Shown: piece by piece, positions 38,846 to 50,724 of the stretch
How the letters are laid out: each line of letters begins with the position of its first letter
Position numbering within the stretch: the first letter of the stretch is position 1
NCBI GenBank assembly: GCA_025453395.1
Contig: JALOQK010000008.1
Coordinates: 938-64,937 of the forward strand
Length of the DNA stretch: 64,000 nt
Reading direction: 5' to 3'
Source of the DNA: Candidatus Omnitrophota bacterium
GTDB taxonomy: Bacteria > Omnitrophota > Gorgyraeia > Gygaellales > Profunditerraquicolaceae
The notes under the pieces: generated by a model
The model's input: the letters and a program-made list of their open reading frames with translations, nothing else
What the model was told of the DNA's origin: nothing
The model's database searches: none
Made by a program: the position numbers and the translations under genes

Positions 38846-40546
38846 TTACTTGGCCTCCAATCCTACAGGAAGCTGTTTGGTATTAAGATATTTCAATGAA
38901 TCTTCGGCTACTTTCTTAAACACCGGAGCTGAAACCACGCCTCCGTAATAAGAGCCGTGCGGCTCATCCACAACTACGACAATGGCAATTTTGGGGTCTT
39001 CTGCCGGGGCAAAACCAACAAAGGACGCCATAAATTTTGAATGCGAATAGCCCCTGCCCTCTATTTTCTGAGCAGTGCCGGTCTTACCGGCGGCTTTAAC
39101 TGAATCCATCTTGGCTAAAGTCCCTGTTCCCTTTTCTACAACCCCTGTAAGTATATTGCGCACCCTGACTGCTGTATCTATAGAAATAACCTTGCGAATC
39201 AATACCGGAGAAAATGATTTGAGCGTCTCTGCGTATTTATCCCTTATTTCTTTTATTAAATACGGTTTCATCAGTTGCCCGCCGTTAGCAATAACAGAAA
39301 TTGCGCTTACAAGCTGCAAAGCAGTAACCCCGACCTCTTGCCCCATGGGCACTGCGGTAATTGATGTCTTCGACCATACGCGCAAATCCCTGACCATGCC
39401 GGAGATTTCCCCAGAGATATCTATGCCAAGCTTATTCCCAAAACCAAAAAGTTTTATATACCTATATAAAAGCGGCGCCCCTAAAACTTGTGCCGCCTTA
39501 CAAGTGCCGATATTGCTAGATTGCTCTATAACTTCGCTGAAGGCCAACCACCCATGCGAAGTGTGGTCATGCAAGATATGCCCTGCTATATAATAAGCCC
39601 CGTTCTCACAATAGAACCTATCGGTTTCTTTAACTTTATTTTCCTCTAAAGAAGCGCAAGCAGTAACAATCTTGAATACTGAACCCGGCTCAAACATATC
39701 CGCTATCGCACGGTTACGTATATCATCCTTGGAACTTTTAGAATAGTTATTTAAATCATAGCTAGGACGATTCGCCAAGGCCAATATTGCGCCTGTATGC
39801 GGATCCATGACAATAATACTTGCCCCATTCGCGCGGTAATGCTTAAACACCTTGTCTAATTCCCTCTCAGCGATATACTGAATAACCTCATCAATAGTTA
39901 AGATTACATCATTGCCATCCTTGGGCAGCATCATTTCTTGCCCAAAATCAAGTTTGTTCTGGCGGGCATCGCGCAAGAATATCGCCCATCCGGGCTGCCC
40001 TTTTAAATATTGATCACACTTTGCCTCTATGCCTTCAAGGCCTGAATTATCAAGCCCCGCAAAACCAACAACATGGGCTGCCAGATAAGAATTTGGGTAA
40101 CAACGCTTAGTTTCCTTAATCAAACCTATGCCTTTTATTTTTTCTGCTCTAAGCTTTAAACTTTGTTCCGGGGTAATCTTGCGGGCTACCCAAACAAAAG
40201 ATTTCTTGCGCGACAATTTCTCTCTGACAGAATCATAATCTAAATATAAAATGGAAGACAACCTGCGGGCAGCATTGTCTTTTTTATCCTCCTGCATGTC
40301 TTTGGGGCTGGCGTAAACCGAATCCACGCTTATATTGATTGCCAAGGGATGCATAGTGCTATCGTATATTGCCCCGCGGCGAGGCTCTATCTCCACAAAC
40401 AGATTATGCTGTTTATTGGCTAAGGCGTTTAGGTATTGCGAACGGAAGAATTGTATATAGAGAAGCCGAAGAATGCAGATAACAAAAATAATAAAGAAGA
40501 GTATGAATACAGCGTTAAAGCGGCGGCGGTAATTGGTAATATACAC
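38846..40546 (-). CDS. ftsI: Division transpeptidase FtsI/PBP3
   Basis: EPGSVFK (SxxK), SSN, GKTGTAQK; located in the dcw cluster. Confidence 0.92.
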   Translation of the reverse strand: MYITNYRRRFNAVFILFFIIFVICILRLLYIQFFRSQYLNALANKQHNLFVEIEPRRGAIYDSTMHPLAINISVDSVYASPKDMQEDKKDNAARRLSSILYLDYDSVREKLSRKKSFVWVARKITPEQSLKLRAEKIKGIGLIKETKRCYPNSYLAAHVVGFAGLDNSGLEGIEAKCDQYLKGQPGWAIFLRDARQNKLDFGQEMMLPKDGNDVILTIDEVIQYIAERELDKVFKHYRANGASIIVMDPHTGAILALANRPSYDLNNYSKSSKDDIRNRAIADMFEPGSVFKIVTACASLEENKVKETDRFYCENGAYYIAGHILHDHTSHGWLAFSEVIEQSSNIGTCKAAQVLGAPLLYRYIKLFGFGNKLGIDISGEISGMVRDLRVWSKTSITAVPMGQEVGVTALQLVSAISVIANGGQLMKPYLIKEIRDKYAETLKSFSPVLIRKVISIDTAVRVRNILTGVVEKGTGTLAKMDSVKAAGKTGTAQKIEGRGYSHSKFMASFVGFAPAEDPKIAIVVVVDEPHGSYYGGVVSAPVFKKVAEDSLKYLNTKQLPVGLEAK

Positions 40547-40621
40547 TATTTATAAATATATGAATTCACTCTCCCGGCGTAATTACCGGAAGACAGAAAA
40601 ATCAAGGTTAAATATTTTCTT

Positions 40622-40990
40622 TTAAGGCTTGATGGTCTTGGCCTGAGCCTCGCGAACCGTGCCTAACAAGCGGGCAAATATATTCTCTTTGCCGACCGCT
40701 TGAGAAGCTAAAACGTGCGTTGATCTTGGGCTATATAGCCTTACCAACTGATAAGAATTTGGCATGCTGTAATCGCTGTTGTCGTAAATTTTATCGCCGA
40801 TCCGGGTCAAGGACGTATTCTTTTCAATATTATAACGCAGCAGGTTATTCTTATCAAGAAGTTCCTGGAAGAAAACAGCTTTTTTCTGAGTGATATAGGC
40901 AAAGCGCACAATCTCGGTCTGTTGGTGCACATAAAGAAGCGAGAGAAAAGTAATTGTTGTAAGCGACAACATAAAACTGCCTAATTTCAC
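40622..40990 (-). CDS. Probable FtsL-like bitopic division protein
   Basis: Between rsmH and ftsI; TM segment plus short coiled coil. Start re-placed at the GTG next to the rsmH stop. Confidence 0.6.
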   Translation of the reverse strand: MKLGSFMLSLTTITFLSLLYVHQQTEIVRFAYITQKKAVFFQELLDKNNLLRYNIEKNTSLTRIGDKIYDNSDYSMPNSYQLVRLYSPRSTHVLASQAVGKENIFARLLGTVREAQAKTIKP

Positions 40991-40991
40991 T

Positions 40992-41882
40992 TTATATCCT
41001 TTCTGCCACCCGCAACTTAGCGCTGCGGCAGGCGCGATTGCCTTTAATTTGTTCCCATGACGGCTCAAGAGGTTTACGGGTAATAATCTTTAATAATCCG
41101 CTTTTCTCTTTCTCGCGGAAAGCTAATTTCACAATCCTGTCTTCCAGGGAATGGAATGATATAACAGCAATCCGCCCGTTTTTTCTTAATAGCCCAATGG
41201 CCTTTACTATGGCCTGGCCTAGAATTTCAAGCTCGCGGTTAACCGCGATGCGCACCGCCTGAAAGGTCCGGGTAGCCGGATGTATGCGCTGGTGCCCTCT
41301 ATAAGGAACGGCCTTAAGCACAATCCGCGAAAGCTCTGCAGTTGTAGCAATAGGGTGCTTTTGCCTTTCCTGCACCAAAAAACGGGCAATGCGATTATGC
41401 CATCTCTCTTGGCCAAAATTACGCAAGATGCCGGATAATTCTTCTTCATTTAAATTATTCACTAGATCATAGGCGGATATATAGCTATCCTGATCAAGAC
41501 GCATGTCTAAAGGGCCGTCCTTGCTGAAACTAAACCCTCTGGCGGGGTCGTCAAGTTGATAAGAAGAAACGCCTAAATCAAGGATTATGCCGTCTACCTG
41601 CTGAACAGCTAAACCCAAAAGCACCTTATCTAAATCTACAAAATTGCTATGGATAAAAACACAATTATTTTGATAATCAGATAATCTTTCAGCGGCTATC
41701 TTCAGGGAGTTGCTATCTTTATCTATGCAGATAAGTTTACCCGAAGGCCCGATGCGTTTAATAATTTCACTGCTGTGTCCGGCAGTGCCAACAGTAGCAT
41801 CAACTATAACCTTGCCTTCAGAAAGGCCAAGATATTCTAAAACCTGTTCCAGCATCACCGGATTATGATATTTTATTTCCAT
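40992..41882 (-). CDS. rsmH: 16S rRNA m4C1402 methyltransferase
   Basis: HNPVM, DATVGTAGHS, DLGVSS, GPLDMR, SFHSLEDR, RSAKLR. Confidence 0.96.
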   Translation of the reverse strand: MEIKYHNPVMLEQVLEYLGLSEGKVIVDATVGTAGHSSEIIKRIGPSGKLICIDKDSNSLKIAAERLSDYQNNCVFIHSNFVDLDKVLLGLAVQQVDGIILDLGVSSYQLDDPARGFSFSKDGPLDMRLDQDSYISAYDLVNNLNEEELSGILRNFGQERWHNRIARFLVQERQKHPIATTAELSRIVLKAVPYRGHQRIHPATRTFQAVRIAVNRELEILGQAIVKAIGLLRKNGRIAVISFHSLEDRIVKLAFREKEKSGLLKIITRKPLEPSWEQIKGNRACRSAKLRVAERI

Positions 41883-41887
41883 AGCCT

Positions 41888-42328
41888 TTAAGCGTTATCT
41901 ATAAGTTTTTCAGCAATGGATTCAAAAGACTGCTGGGAGTTGTTATAGAATTCGTTCCATTTATCGCGCGACCAGATCTCAACCCTGTTAGAAACACCAA
42001 CCACCACCACATCTTTTTTGATCAAAGCGTAGTCTTTCAAATACTGCGGAAGAAGAATCCTGCCTTGTTTATCCGGCACGATCTCTGAGGCCCCGGAAAA
42101 ATAAAGCCGGTTAAAATTTCGGCTCTCCTGCTTAGTAAAAGACAAAGCCTTAAATTTATTTTCCTGCGTGCGCCACTCTTCCTCGGCAAACATAAAAAGG
42201 CAGCGGTCAAGGCCGCGGGTAATGAAAAATCTCTCAATGAAATTATTCTTTGCCGCTTCACGAAAACGAGACGGCAGGATCAAGCGACCTTTACGGTCTA
42301 TAGAATGGAAATATTCACCGTAGAACAT
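41888..42328 (-). CDS. mraZ: Division/cell wall cluster repressor MraZ
   Basis: DRKGRLILP and DKQGRILLP AbrB-like repeats, VEIW. Confidence 0.96.
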   Translation of the reverse strand: MFYGEYFHSIDRKGRLILPSRFREAAKNNFIERFFITRGLDRCLFMFAEEEWRTQENKFKALSFTKQESRNFNRLYFSGASEIVPDKQGRILLPQYLKDYALIKKDVVVVGVSNRVEIWSRDKWNEFYNNSQQSFESIAEKLIDNA

Positions 42329-42347
42329 AAATGACCTTCCTTGCTCA

Positions 42348-42374
42348 CCACTTTACTCCACTTTTAACCACTTT
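42348..42374 (-). promoter_or_regulatory. MraZ-binding repeats
   Basis: Three AAAGTGG units at 10-bp spacing between promoter and mraZ, matching the known GTGG-N6 MraZ operator. Confidence 0.85.
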
Positions 42375-42383
42375 GTATTCCCA

Positions 42384-42412
42384 AGTATATGTATTTTTAC
42401 TTTTTTTGTCAA
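42384..42412 (-). promoter_or_regulatory. Sigma70 promoter of the dcw cluster
   Basis: TTGACA-N17-TATACT immediately upstream of the MraZ boxes. Confidence 0.78.
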
Positions 42413-42531
42413 GATAAAAAAAAGCCTATAATGGGCTATCACAACCGATAGTGCCCCAAAGATATACAAAACATATATATTGTGGTATTTATAGGAGGTT
42501 TTTTAGGGAATTTGTGGGGGCTTTAGAGAAA

Positions 42532-43440
42532 TTAAGCGAAGAATTTATGACAAGCCAAAATATCTTTTTCTATTTGCCGCTTTAAAGATTGCAGGCTGGA
42601 GAATTTCTTATCATTGCGGATTTTATTCAGGAAAAATACTTCCATGTTCTTGCCGTAGATACTGCGGGAAAAATCAAAAATATGGACTTCAATATGCACT
42701 TTTGGTTTGCAAAATTTTTTATGCAAAGTAGGCCGCGTCCCGATATAAGAAATACCATTGTAAATCTTGCCTTCCAAAAACACCTTAACCGCGTATATGC
42801 CTGAGGCCGGCAATACTTCATGATGCGGATTTAAATTAGCAGTAGGCACGCCTAATCTACGAGCTAAAGCATTTCCTTTTATCACTGTGCCTAAAATGCT
42901 AACCGGCCTTAATAAAAAATGCCTGGCCCTGTTAAGCTTTCCGGTTTTGATAAGCTGGCGGATATAGGTACTGCTGACCGGCTCTCCATTTACTTTAATC
43001 GTATCAAAAACCCTAAGTTTAAATCCGTATTCGCCGGAAAACTTTTTAAGAAACTGCGCGTCTCCTTTGGCATTATGCCCGAAACGAAAATTATTACCTA
43101 CGTATATAAAACTAGGCTTGATGCGCTTAAAAATAATATTTTTGATAAAGCTGTATGCGGAAATAAGAGAAAATGAGGCGGTAAATCTAATTACCACGCA
43201 GACATCAACCCCCAGACAAGCCAATAGATGCAGGCGATGGTCTAAAGAATATAAACTTTGCTTGGCCTTAGGATGAGGATGAAAAGTAACTACAACGCTT
43301 TTTGACCCGATTGACGCCGCCTTGGCACAGGCTTCTTCTAAGATTTTCTGGTGCGCCAGATGCATCCCGTCAAACACGCCAAGAGATAAAACACAAGATT
43401 TTGTGCCGCGGATATCTTTCAGATTATAGATTACGCGCAT
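42532..43440 (-). CDS. ribF: Bifunctional riboflavin kinase/FAD synthetase
   Basis: GVFDGMHLAH, VSSTYIR, GVPTAN, GTRPT, EVH. Confidence 0.95.
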   Translation of the reverse strand: MRVIYNLKDIRGTKSCVLSLGVFDGMHLAHQKILEEACAKAASIGSKSVVVTFHPHPKAKQSLYSLDHRLHLLACLGVDVCVVIRFTASFSLISAYSFIKNIIFKRIKPSFIYVGNNFRFGHNAKGDAQFLKKFSGEYGFKLRVFDTIKVNGEPVSSTYIRQLIKTGKLNRARHFLLRPVSILGTVIKGNALARRLGVPTANLNPHHEVLPASGIYAVKVFLEGKIYNGISYIGTRPTLHKKFCKPKVHIEVHIFDFSRSIYGKNMEVFFLNKIRNDKKFSSLQSLKRQIEKDILACHKFFA

Positions 43441-44419
43441 TAACCACCCTGGATGTTTCTTTTATTATATCTTGTTCAATCCTGCCTATACCGCCTTCTA
43501 AAGTACAACCGCTTGCGCACTTATGCCCTCCTCCGCCAAATAAAGAAGCGATCTTATTCACATCAATCTTTCCTTGAGAACGAAAATTCACCCTGACTTT
43601 GCTTCTATCTTCTGGCAGTTTGCGCAATAAAACCGCCGCCTGCACGCCTTTGAGCGCGCGGATATGGCTTAAAATATACTCTGGCAGATCAAAATCGTCT
43701 TTCTTTGATAAGGCTGCCTCCGGAATAACTACCCATGCCAATTTTCCGTTACAGGCGGTTTTTACCTGTGAAATAATCTTTGCCGCTTTTTTAAGCGAAG
43801 ATATCCGGATATCTTCATATATCTTGCGGTAAATCTCAGAAACGCCGATCTTCATAAAAGGCATTAAATCCGCGACCGCCTGATGCGTAAAAGAAGATGT
43901 GGTATTGTACCTAAATGATCCCGTATCAGTCATAATCCCGGTGTAAAGGGCATTTGATGATACGCGGTCAAACTTTATTTTAGATTTCTTAAACAGGCGA
44001 TATACAATTTCAGAACATGAAGAAGCGCCAGCAAGCACCAGATTTACATCTGCGAAATAAGTATTAGAAATATGATGGTCGATATTAAGCACAAAAGCTT
44101 TTTTTGTTTTATTAAGCTGCCAGACCTTGCCGCATCTATCTTCCGAGGAACAATCCACCAGGCAAAAACAATCAAAATTATTTTCCCGCTTAAGATTTCT
44201 TAAAAGCTTTATTTTATTTATCCCCGGCATAAAACTATATTCTTCCGGAGCAGGGTCATCATTCACGATTATAACTTTCTTGCCTAATGCTTTCAAAAGC
44301 TGGGCAATAGCTAATTCCGAACCCAAGGCATCACCCTCCAGATTCTTATGGCTGGTGACTAAAAAACTTTTATGTCCGCGTATACACCTGAGCGCTTTAT
44401 CCATAAATGCTGCCTCCAA
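43424..44419 (-). CDS. DHH-family phosphoesterase (NrnA-like oligoribonuclease/pAp phosphatase)
   Basis: H...DALGS, NIDHH, DTGSF, GGGGH; follows rbfA. Confidence 0.9.
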   Translation of the reverse strand: MEAAFMDKALRCIRGHKSFLVTSHKNLEGDALGSELAIAQLLKALGKKVIIVNDDPAPEEYSFMPGINKIKLLRNLKRENNFDCFCLVDCSSEDRCGKVWQLNKTKKAFVLNIDHHISNTYFADVNLVLAGASSCSEIVYRLFKKSKIKFDRVSSNALYTGIMTDTGSFRYNTTSSFTHQAVADLMPFMKIGVSEIYRKIYEDIRISSLKKAAKIISQVKTACNGKLAWVVIPEAALSKKDDFDLPEYILSHIRALKGVQAAVLLRKLPEDRSKVRVNFRSQGKIDVNKIASLFGGGGHKCASGCTLEGGIGRIEQDIIKETSRVVNARNL

Positions 44420-44429
44420 AGAAAAAACA

Positions 44430-44789
44430 TCATTCTTTATTATTTTTCTTATCCATTTCTTTTATCTGATCAATGACCTGCTGGATCTTGACGCTATACT
44501 CGCTTGAGCGGTCTTCCCTGAAGTCTATCTCCGGGACAAAGCGCAGTTGAACACGCTCTGCGATTAAACGGCGCACAAACCCTAATGCCGAATCAAGCGC
44601 CTGCTTACTTTTCTTATATTCCTGCTCGCCGCCTAAGACGCTAAAGAAAACTTTGGCATAGCGCAAGTCCTGGGTCAATTCCACGCGCGTAATAGTTACA
44701 AAGCCTAAACGCGGGTCATTGATTTCGCGCTGCAGGATATTGCTTATTTCTTTATGAATTTGTTCCGCGACTTTCTCATACCTGGCCAT
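44430..44789 (-). CDS. rbfA: Ribosome-binding factor A
   Basis: INDPRLGFVTITRVELTQDLRYAKVF, LRFVPEIDF. Confidence 0.95.
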   Translation of the reverse strand: MARYEKVAEQIHKEISNILQREINDPRLGFVTITRVELTQDLRYAKVFFSVLGGEQEYKKSKQALDSALGFVRRLIAERVQLRFVPEIDFREDRSSEYSVKIQQVIDQIKEMDKKNNKE

Positions 44790-45550
44790 TTTTCCTCCAA
44801 AAGTTGTAACTGCTCTCTAACCGGAAGAGCCGTCTTCAGGATAGATAGCCGTTGCAGATTTTCTATCTGCCGAAGCGGGTCTTTTTCATTCAAACAAAGG
44901 CGCAGCTCACGGGAAATCCTATACCCGGAAATCCTGGAAAACATTTCCAGTTTCAGCGCATCATTGATCCCTTGCAGAGTGCGCGCGTCTATCTTAAAAC
45001 CAAGCCGCTGCTGTAAACGTGCCGCCCGTAATATCCGCGTAGGATCATCAATAAAGCTTAAATCATGCAAAAACCTTATGGTTTTATCGCGCAGGTCTTT
45101 TAAACCGCCAAAAATATCAATCAAATAACCGTAGTCATCAGGATTCAAGCTTATCGCCATAGCATTAATGGTAAAATCCCTGCGCCGCAAGTCATCGAGG
45201 ATAGAGCCGGGAGAAACTACCGGAAGCGATCCTGGATGAGGGTATTTCTCCACCCTTGAACGGGCGATATCTATTTTTAACCCACCGTCAAAAATAACAG
45301 TGGCGGTAAAAAATTTTTTGTAATAAGCTACCTTAAGAAGGCGCTGTTTCTTGCGAAGAAACTCCAGAAATCTTACAACATCTGCCTCTAAACAGATATC
45401 TATATCCAGGTTTTTCTTCCTTAAAAGCAAATCCCGCACGCAACCTCCGACAAGGAAAATCCGCGCGCTGCTTGCTTCAGATGCTTCTTGCAGCAAAGCA
45501 ATTATGGCTTTAACCTGCGATGGTAATTTATTCATTAAATTTTTCATCAT
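44744..45550 (-). CDS. Class II tRNA nucleotidyltransferase (CCA- or A-adding), short form
   Basis: VGGCVRD, DID, DLRRRDFTINAMA, DDPTR; no HD, CBS or DHH domains. Start re-placed at ATG 45550. Confidence 0.85.
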   Translation of the reverse strand: MMKNLMNKLPSQVKAIIALLQEASEASSARIFLVGGCVRDLLLRKKNLDIDICLEADVVRFLEFLRKKQRLLKVAYYKKFFTATVIFDGGLKIDIARSRVEKYPHPGSLPVVSPGSILDDLRRRDFTINAMAISLNPDDYGYLIDIFGGLKDLRDKTIRFLHDLSFIDDPTRILRAARLQQRLGFKIDARTLQGINDALKLEMFSRISGYRISRELRLCLNEKDPLRQIENLQRLSILKTALPVREQLQLLEEKWPGMRKSRNKFIKK

Positions 45551-45553
45551 TTC

Positions 45554-45633
45554 TTCCCCCACAACTAAACCCCACCCTTAACCCCTGCCTACCGGCAGGC
45601 AGGCACAACCCATAACCCATAACTGACCCTATC
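45554..45633. repeat. Solo arm of heptamer element family D containing a 20-nt palindrome
   Basis: CACAACC CATAACC CATAACT units, homologous to 56999-57057; CCTGCCTACCGGCAGGCAGG at 45584-45603. Confidence 0.7.
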
Positions 45634-45635
45634 AT

Positions 45636-46523
45636 TTAAGGGCGCGGATGATACATCCTGTGGATGCTTTTTAAACGGTCTTTATTTATATGTGTATATA
45701 TCTGCGTGGTAGAGATATTCGCATGTCCTAACATCTCCTGCACAGAACGCAAGTCCGCTCCATGTTCTAAAAGATGCGTGGCAAAAGAATGACGCAAGAT
45801 ATGCGGCTTGATATGCTTCTTGATCCCGGCCTGGCGGCTGTAACGCTGGATTATTTTCCATAAAGATTGCCGGGAAAGCCGCCCTCCTAAGCGGCTTATA
45901 AAAAGATATTCACTTTCTTTCTTGCCTAAAAGTTTAGGCCGCGATGATTCCAAATATTTACGCACACAAGCAATTGCCTTTTTACCTACGGGCACCACTC
46001 TTTCTTTATTGCCTTTACCTATGCAACGCAAGAAGCCAACATCTAAATTAACCTCTTTAAGTTTTAAATGCGCTGACTCGGAAACACGCATTCCGGTAGC
46101 GTACAATATTTCTAATATCGCCTTATCCCGGATGCCTTGGGTGTCCCGGGAATCTGGCGCGTTCAACAACGCTTCCACTTCGCTTAAAGAGAGAGTCTCC
46201 GGGATTTTCTTCCACAGCTTAGGCGAATCTACTAAACTTGTAGGATCTTCCTTCAATACCCTCTCACGCACTAAAAAGCGATAAAAAGATTTTATCGCTG
46301 CCAGGCGGCGGGAAATCGAAACCGCCGAAATACCTCTATCTTTTTGTTTAAGCATGAAGCCGCTTATATTATTACGGTTTGTCTGGGACAAAAGCGCAAT
46401 CTTCTGCGATTCTAAAAAAGCAAAATATGCCTCCAAGTCATCGCGGTAAGAATTTATGGTATTAACAGCCAGACCGCGCTCTACAGAAATATAATCCAAA
46501 AATGAATCAATCAACTCTCTCAT
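45636..46523 (-). CDS. xerD: Site-specific tyrosine recombinase XerD
   Basis: ERGLAVNT, LYATGMRVSE, GKGNKER, HILRHSFATH, LGH, TTQIYT. Confidence 0.92.
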   Translation of the reverse strand: MRELIDSFLDYISVERGLAVNTINSYRDDLEAYFAFLESQKIALLSQTNRNNISGFMLKQKDRGISAVSISRRLAAIKSFYRFLVRERVLKEDPTSLVDSPKLWKKIPETLSLSEVEALLNAPDSRDTQGIRDKAILEILYATGMRVSESAHLKLKEVNLDVGFLRCIGKGNKERVVPVGKKAIACVRKYLESSRPKLLGKKESEYLFISRLGGRLSRQSLWKIIQRYSRQAGIKKHIKPHILRHSFATHLLEHGADLRSVQEMLGHANISTTQIYTHINKDRLKSIHRMYHPRP

Positions 46524-46526
46524 ATC

Positions 46527-47150
46527 TTATAGATAGGGGTTATGTGTTTTCTCATAAGCTATAGTAGAACTTGCCCCGTGCCCGGGATAAACAACCGTTT
46601 TATCGGGAAGAATAAAAAGTTTTTCTTTTATCCCTTTGATTAAACTCTTTTCACTGCCGCCTGTAAAATCCGTTCTTCCAATGCCTTCACGGAAAAGGCA
46701 ATCTCCGGTAAAAACAATATCCTCTTTTGGGTTTTCCATATATAAAGCCATCCCTCCGGGGGAATGCCCCGGGATATGAAGCACCCTTAAGCTTATGCCT
46801 GATTCTTCGATCAATTGCCCGTCTGTTACTGTGCGAATTTGCCCTTTAACACTGTAACCGCAAGAGAAAAAACCGGAAAGATTAAGCATAGGGTCTCTTA
46901 ATAAAGCCAGGTCATCCTGATGCACATAGACCGGCGCGCCGAATTCATCATCGCAGCCGATATGGTCATAATGCGCGTGGGTATTAATAACCGCCGCCGC
47001 AGTTAAGCCATATTTATCTAATGATTTCTTGATCTTTCTAAGGTCATCTCCGGGATCAATGACAATCGCTGTGGAGTTTTTTTCTTTTGCCACAACATAA
47101 CAATTAACCTCAAGAGAGCCCACCACTACTGTTTCAAGTATAATGCCCAT
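46527..47150 (-). CDS. MBL-fold metallo-hydrolase (glyoxalase II-like)
   Basis: THAHYDH, PGHSPG, FTGD, YPGHG. Confidence 0.9.
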   Translation of the reverse strand: MGIILETVVVGSLEVNCYVVAKEKNSTAIVIDPGDDLRKIKKSLDKYGLTAAAVINTHAHYDHIGCDDEFGAPVYVHQDDLALLRDPMLNLSGFFSCGYSVKGQIRTVTDGQLIEESGISLRVLHIPGHSPGGMALYMENPKEDIVFTGDCLFREGIGRTDFTGGSEKSLIKGIKEKLFILPDKTVVYPGHGASSTIAYEKTHNPYL

Positions 47151-47151
47151 A

Positions 47152-49992
<2,841 letters not shown>

Positions 49993-50021
49993 GGGCTTAT
50001 TCTGGTGAGATGATTTTAAAA

Positions 50022-50095
50022 TCGGGGGAGTGGGACTTGAACCCACGGCCTCAGCGTCCCGAACGCTGCGCTCTACCAAGCTGAGCCACCCCCCG
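50022..50095 (-). tRNA. tRNA-Pro(CGG)
   Basis: CGGGGGGTGGCTCAGCTTGGTAGAGCGCAGCGTT-CGG-GACGCTGAGGCCGTGGGTTCAAGTCCCACTCCCCCGA forms a cloverleaf; CCA is not encoded. Confidence 0.97.
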
Positions 50096-50157
50096 TTATT
50101 TTCCGAAATTTAACTTTACAAGTATAGCAGATTTCCGGCGGGCGAACAAGCGCAAAA

Positions 50158-50724
50158 TTAGACAACGCCATGCATGTCGAATTCCAAATTAACTTTATCT
50201 GAAGGCCCCTTAAAAGACAAGGTGGTATTTTTAAGGGTATGCGGGATAATATAAACAAAAAGGGAATTTGAAAGCTTCTGCATTATAGTCAGGCTTATTC
50301 CATCCACGGCAATAGAACCTTTAGGAGAAACATACTTAATGAATTGCTGAGGAAAGAAAATCTGGAAGAAAGTATTTCCTTCGCGTATGCCTTTCTTGCG
50401 GATAAGCCCTTCACAATGGACATGGCCATTTACTAAATGCCCGGAAACCCTGTCGCCAAATTTAAGCGCCTTTTCCAAGTTCACCTTATCCAAAGGCCTT
50501 AAACTCTTAAGATTGCTATCCTTTAATGTCTGCGGCATTGCCTCAAAAGAAAGCATTTTATCTTTTTGCCCCACCAAAGTAAGGCATACTCCATTGACCG
50601 CTATGCTGTCCCCGAGATTAAGGCCTTCAGTAATCTTAGAAGCGATAATTTGGATAAGCGTAACATTGCCCCGGCGGGAAATAAGATGGACGCTTCCTAA
50701 TTCTTCCACAATTCCGCTAAACAT
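50158..50724 (-). CDS. ribE: Riboflavin synthase (alpha chain)
   Basis: MFSGIV, GDSIAVNGVCLT, KGSIAVDGISLT, IPHT, VNLE. Confidence 0.93.
   Translation of the reverse strand: MFSGIVEELGSVHLISRRGNVTLIQIIASKITEGLNLGDSIAVNGVCLTLVGQKDKMLSFEAMPQTLKDSNLKSLRPLDKVNLEKALKFGDRVSGHLVNGHVHCEGLIRKKGIREGNTFFQIFFPQQFIKYVSPKGSIAVDGISLTIMQKLSNSLFVYIIPHTLKNTTLSFKGPSDKVNLEFDMHGVV

Noticed and set aside
40571-40593. Hairpin between ftsL-like and ftsI as another two-hairpin element
   Set aside because: It lacks the small partner hairpin and the ATCA loop; probably an ordinary intercistronic stem.
42468-42486. NrdR-box-like sequence (CACAATATATATGT on the minus strand) upstream of mraZ
   Set aside because: A single imperfect match in AT-rich DNA, with no nucleotide-reduction gene downstream.
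49993-50079. N-terminal extension of acylphosphatase in the ORF track
   Set aside because: It overlaps tRNA-Pro; the real start is probably ATG 49992.
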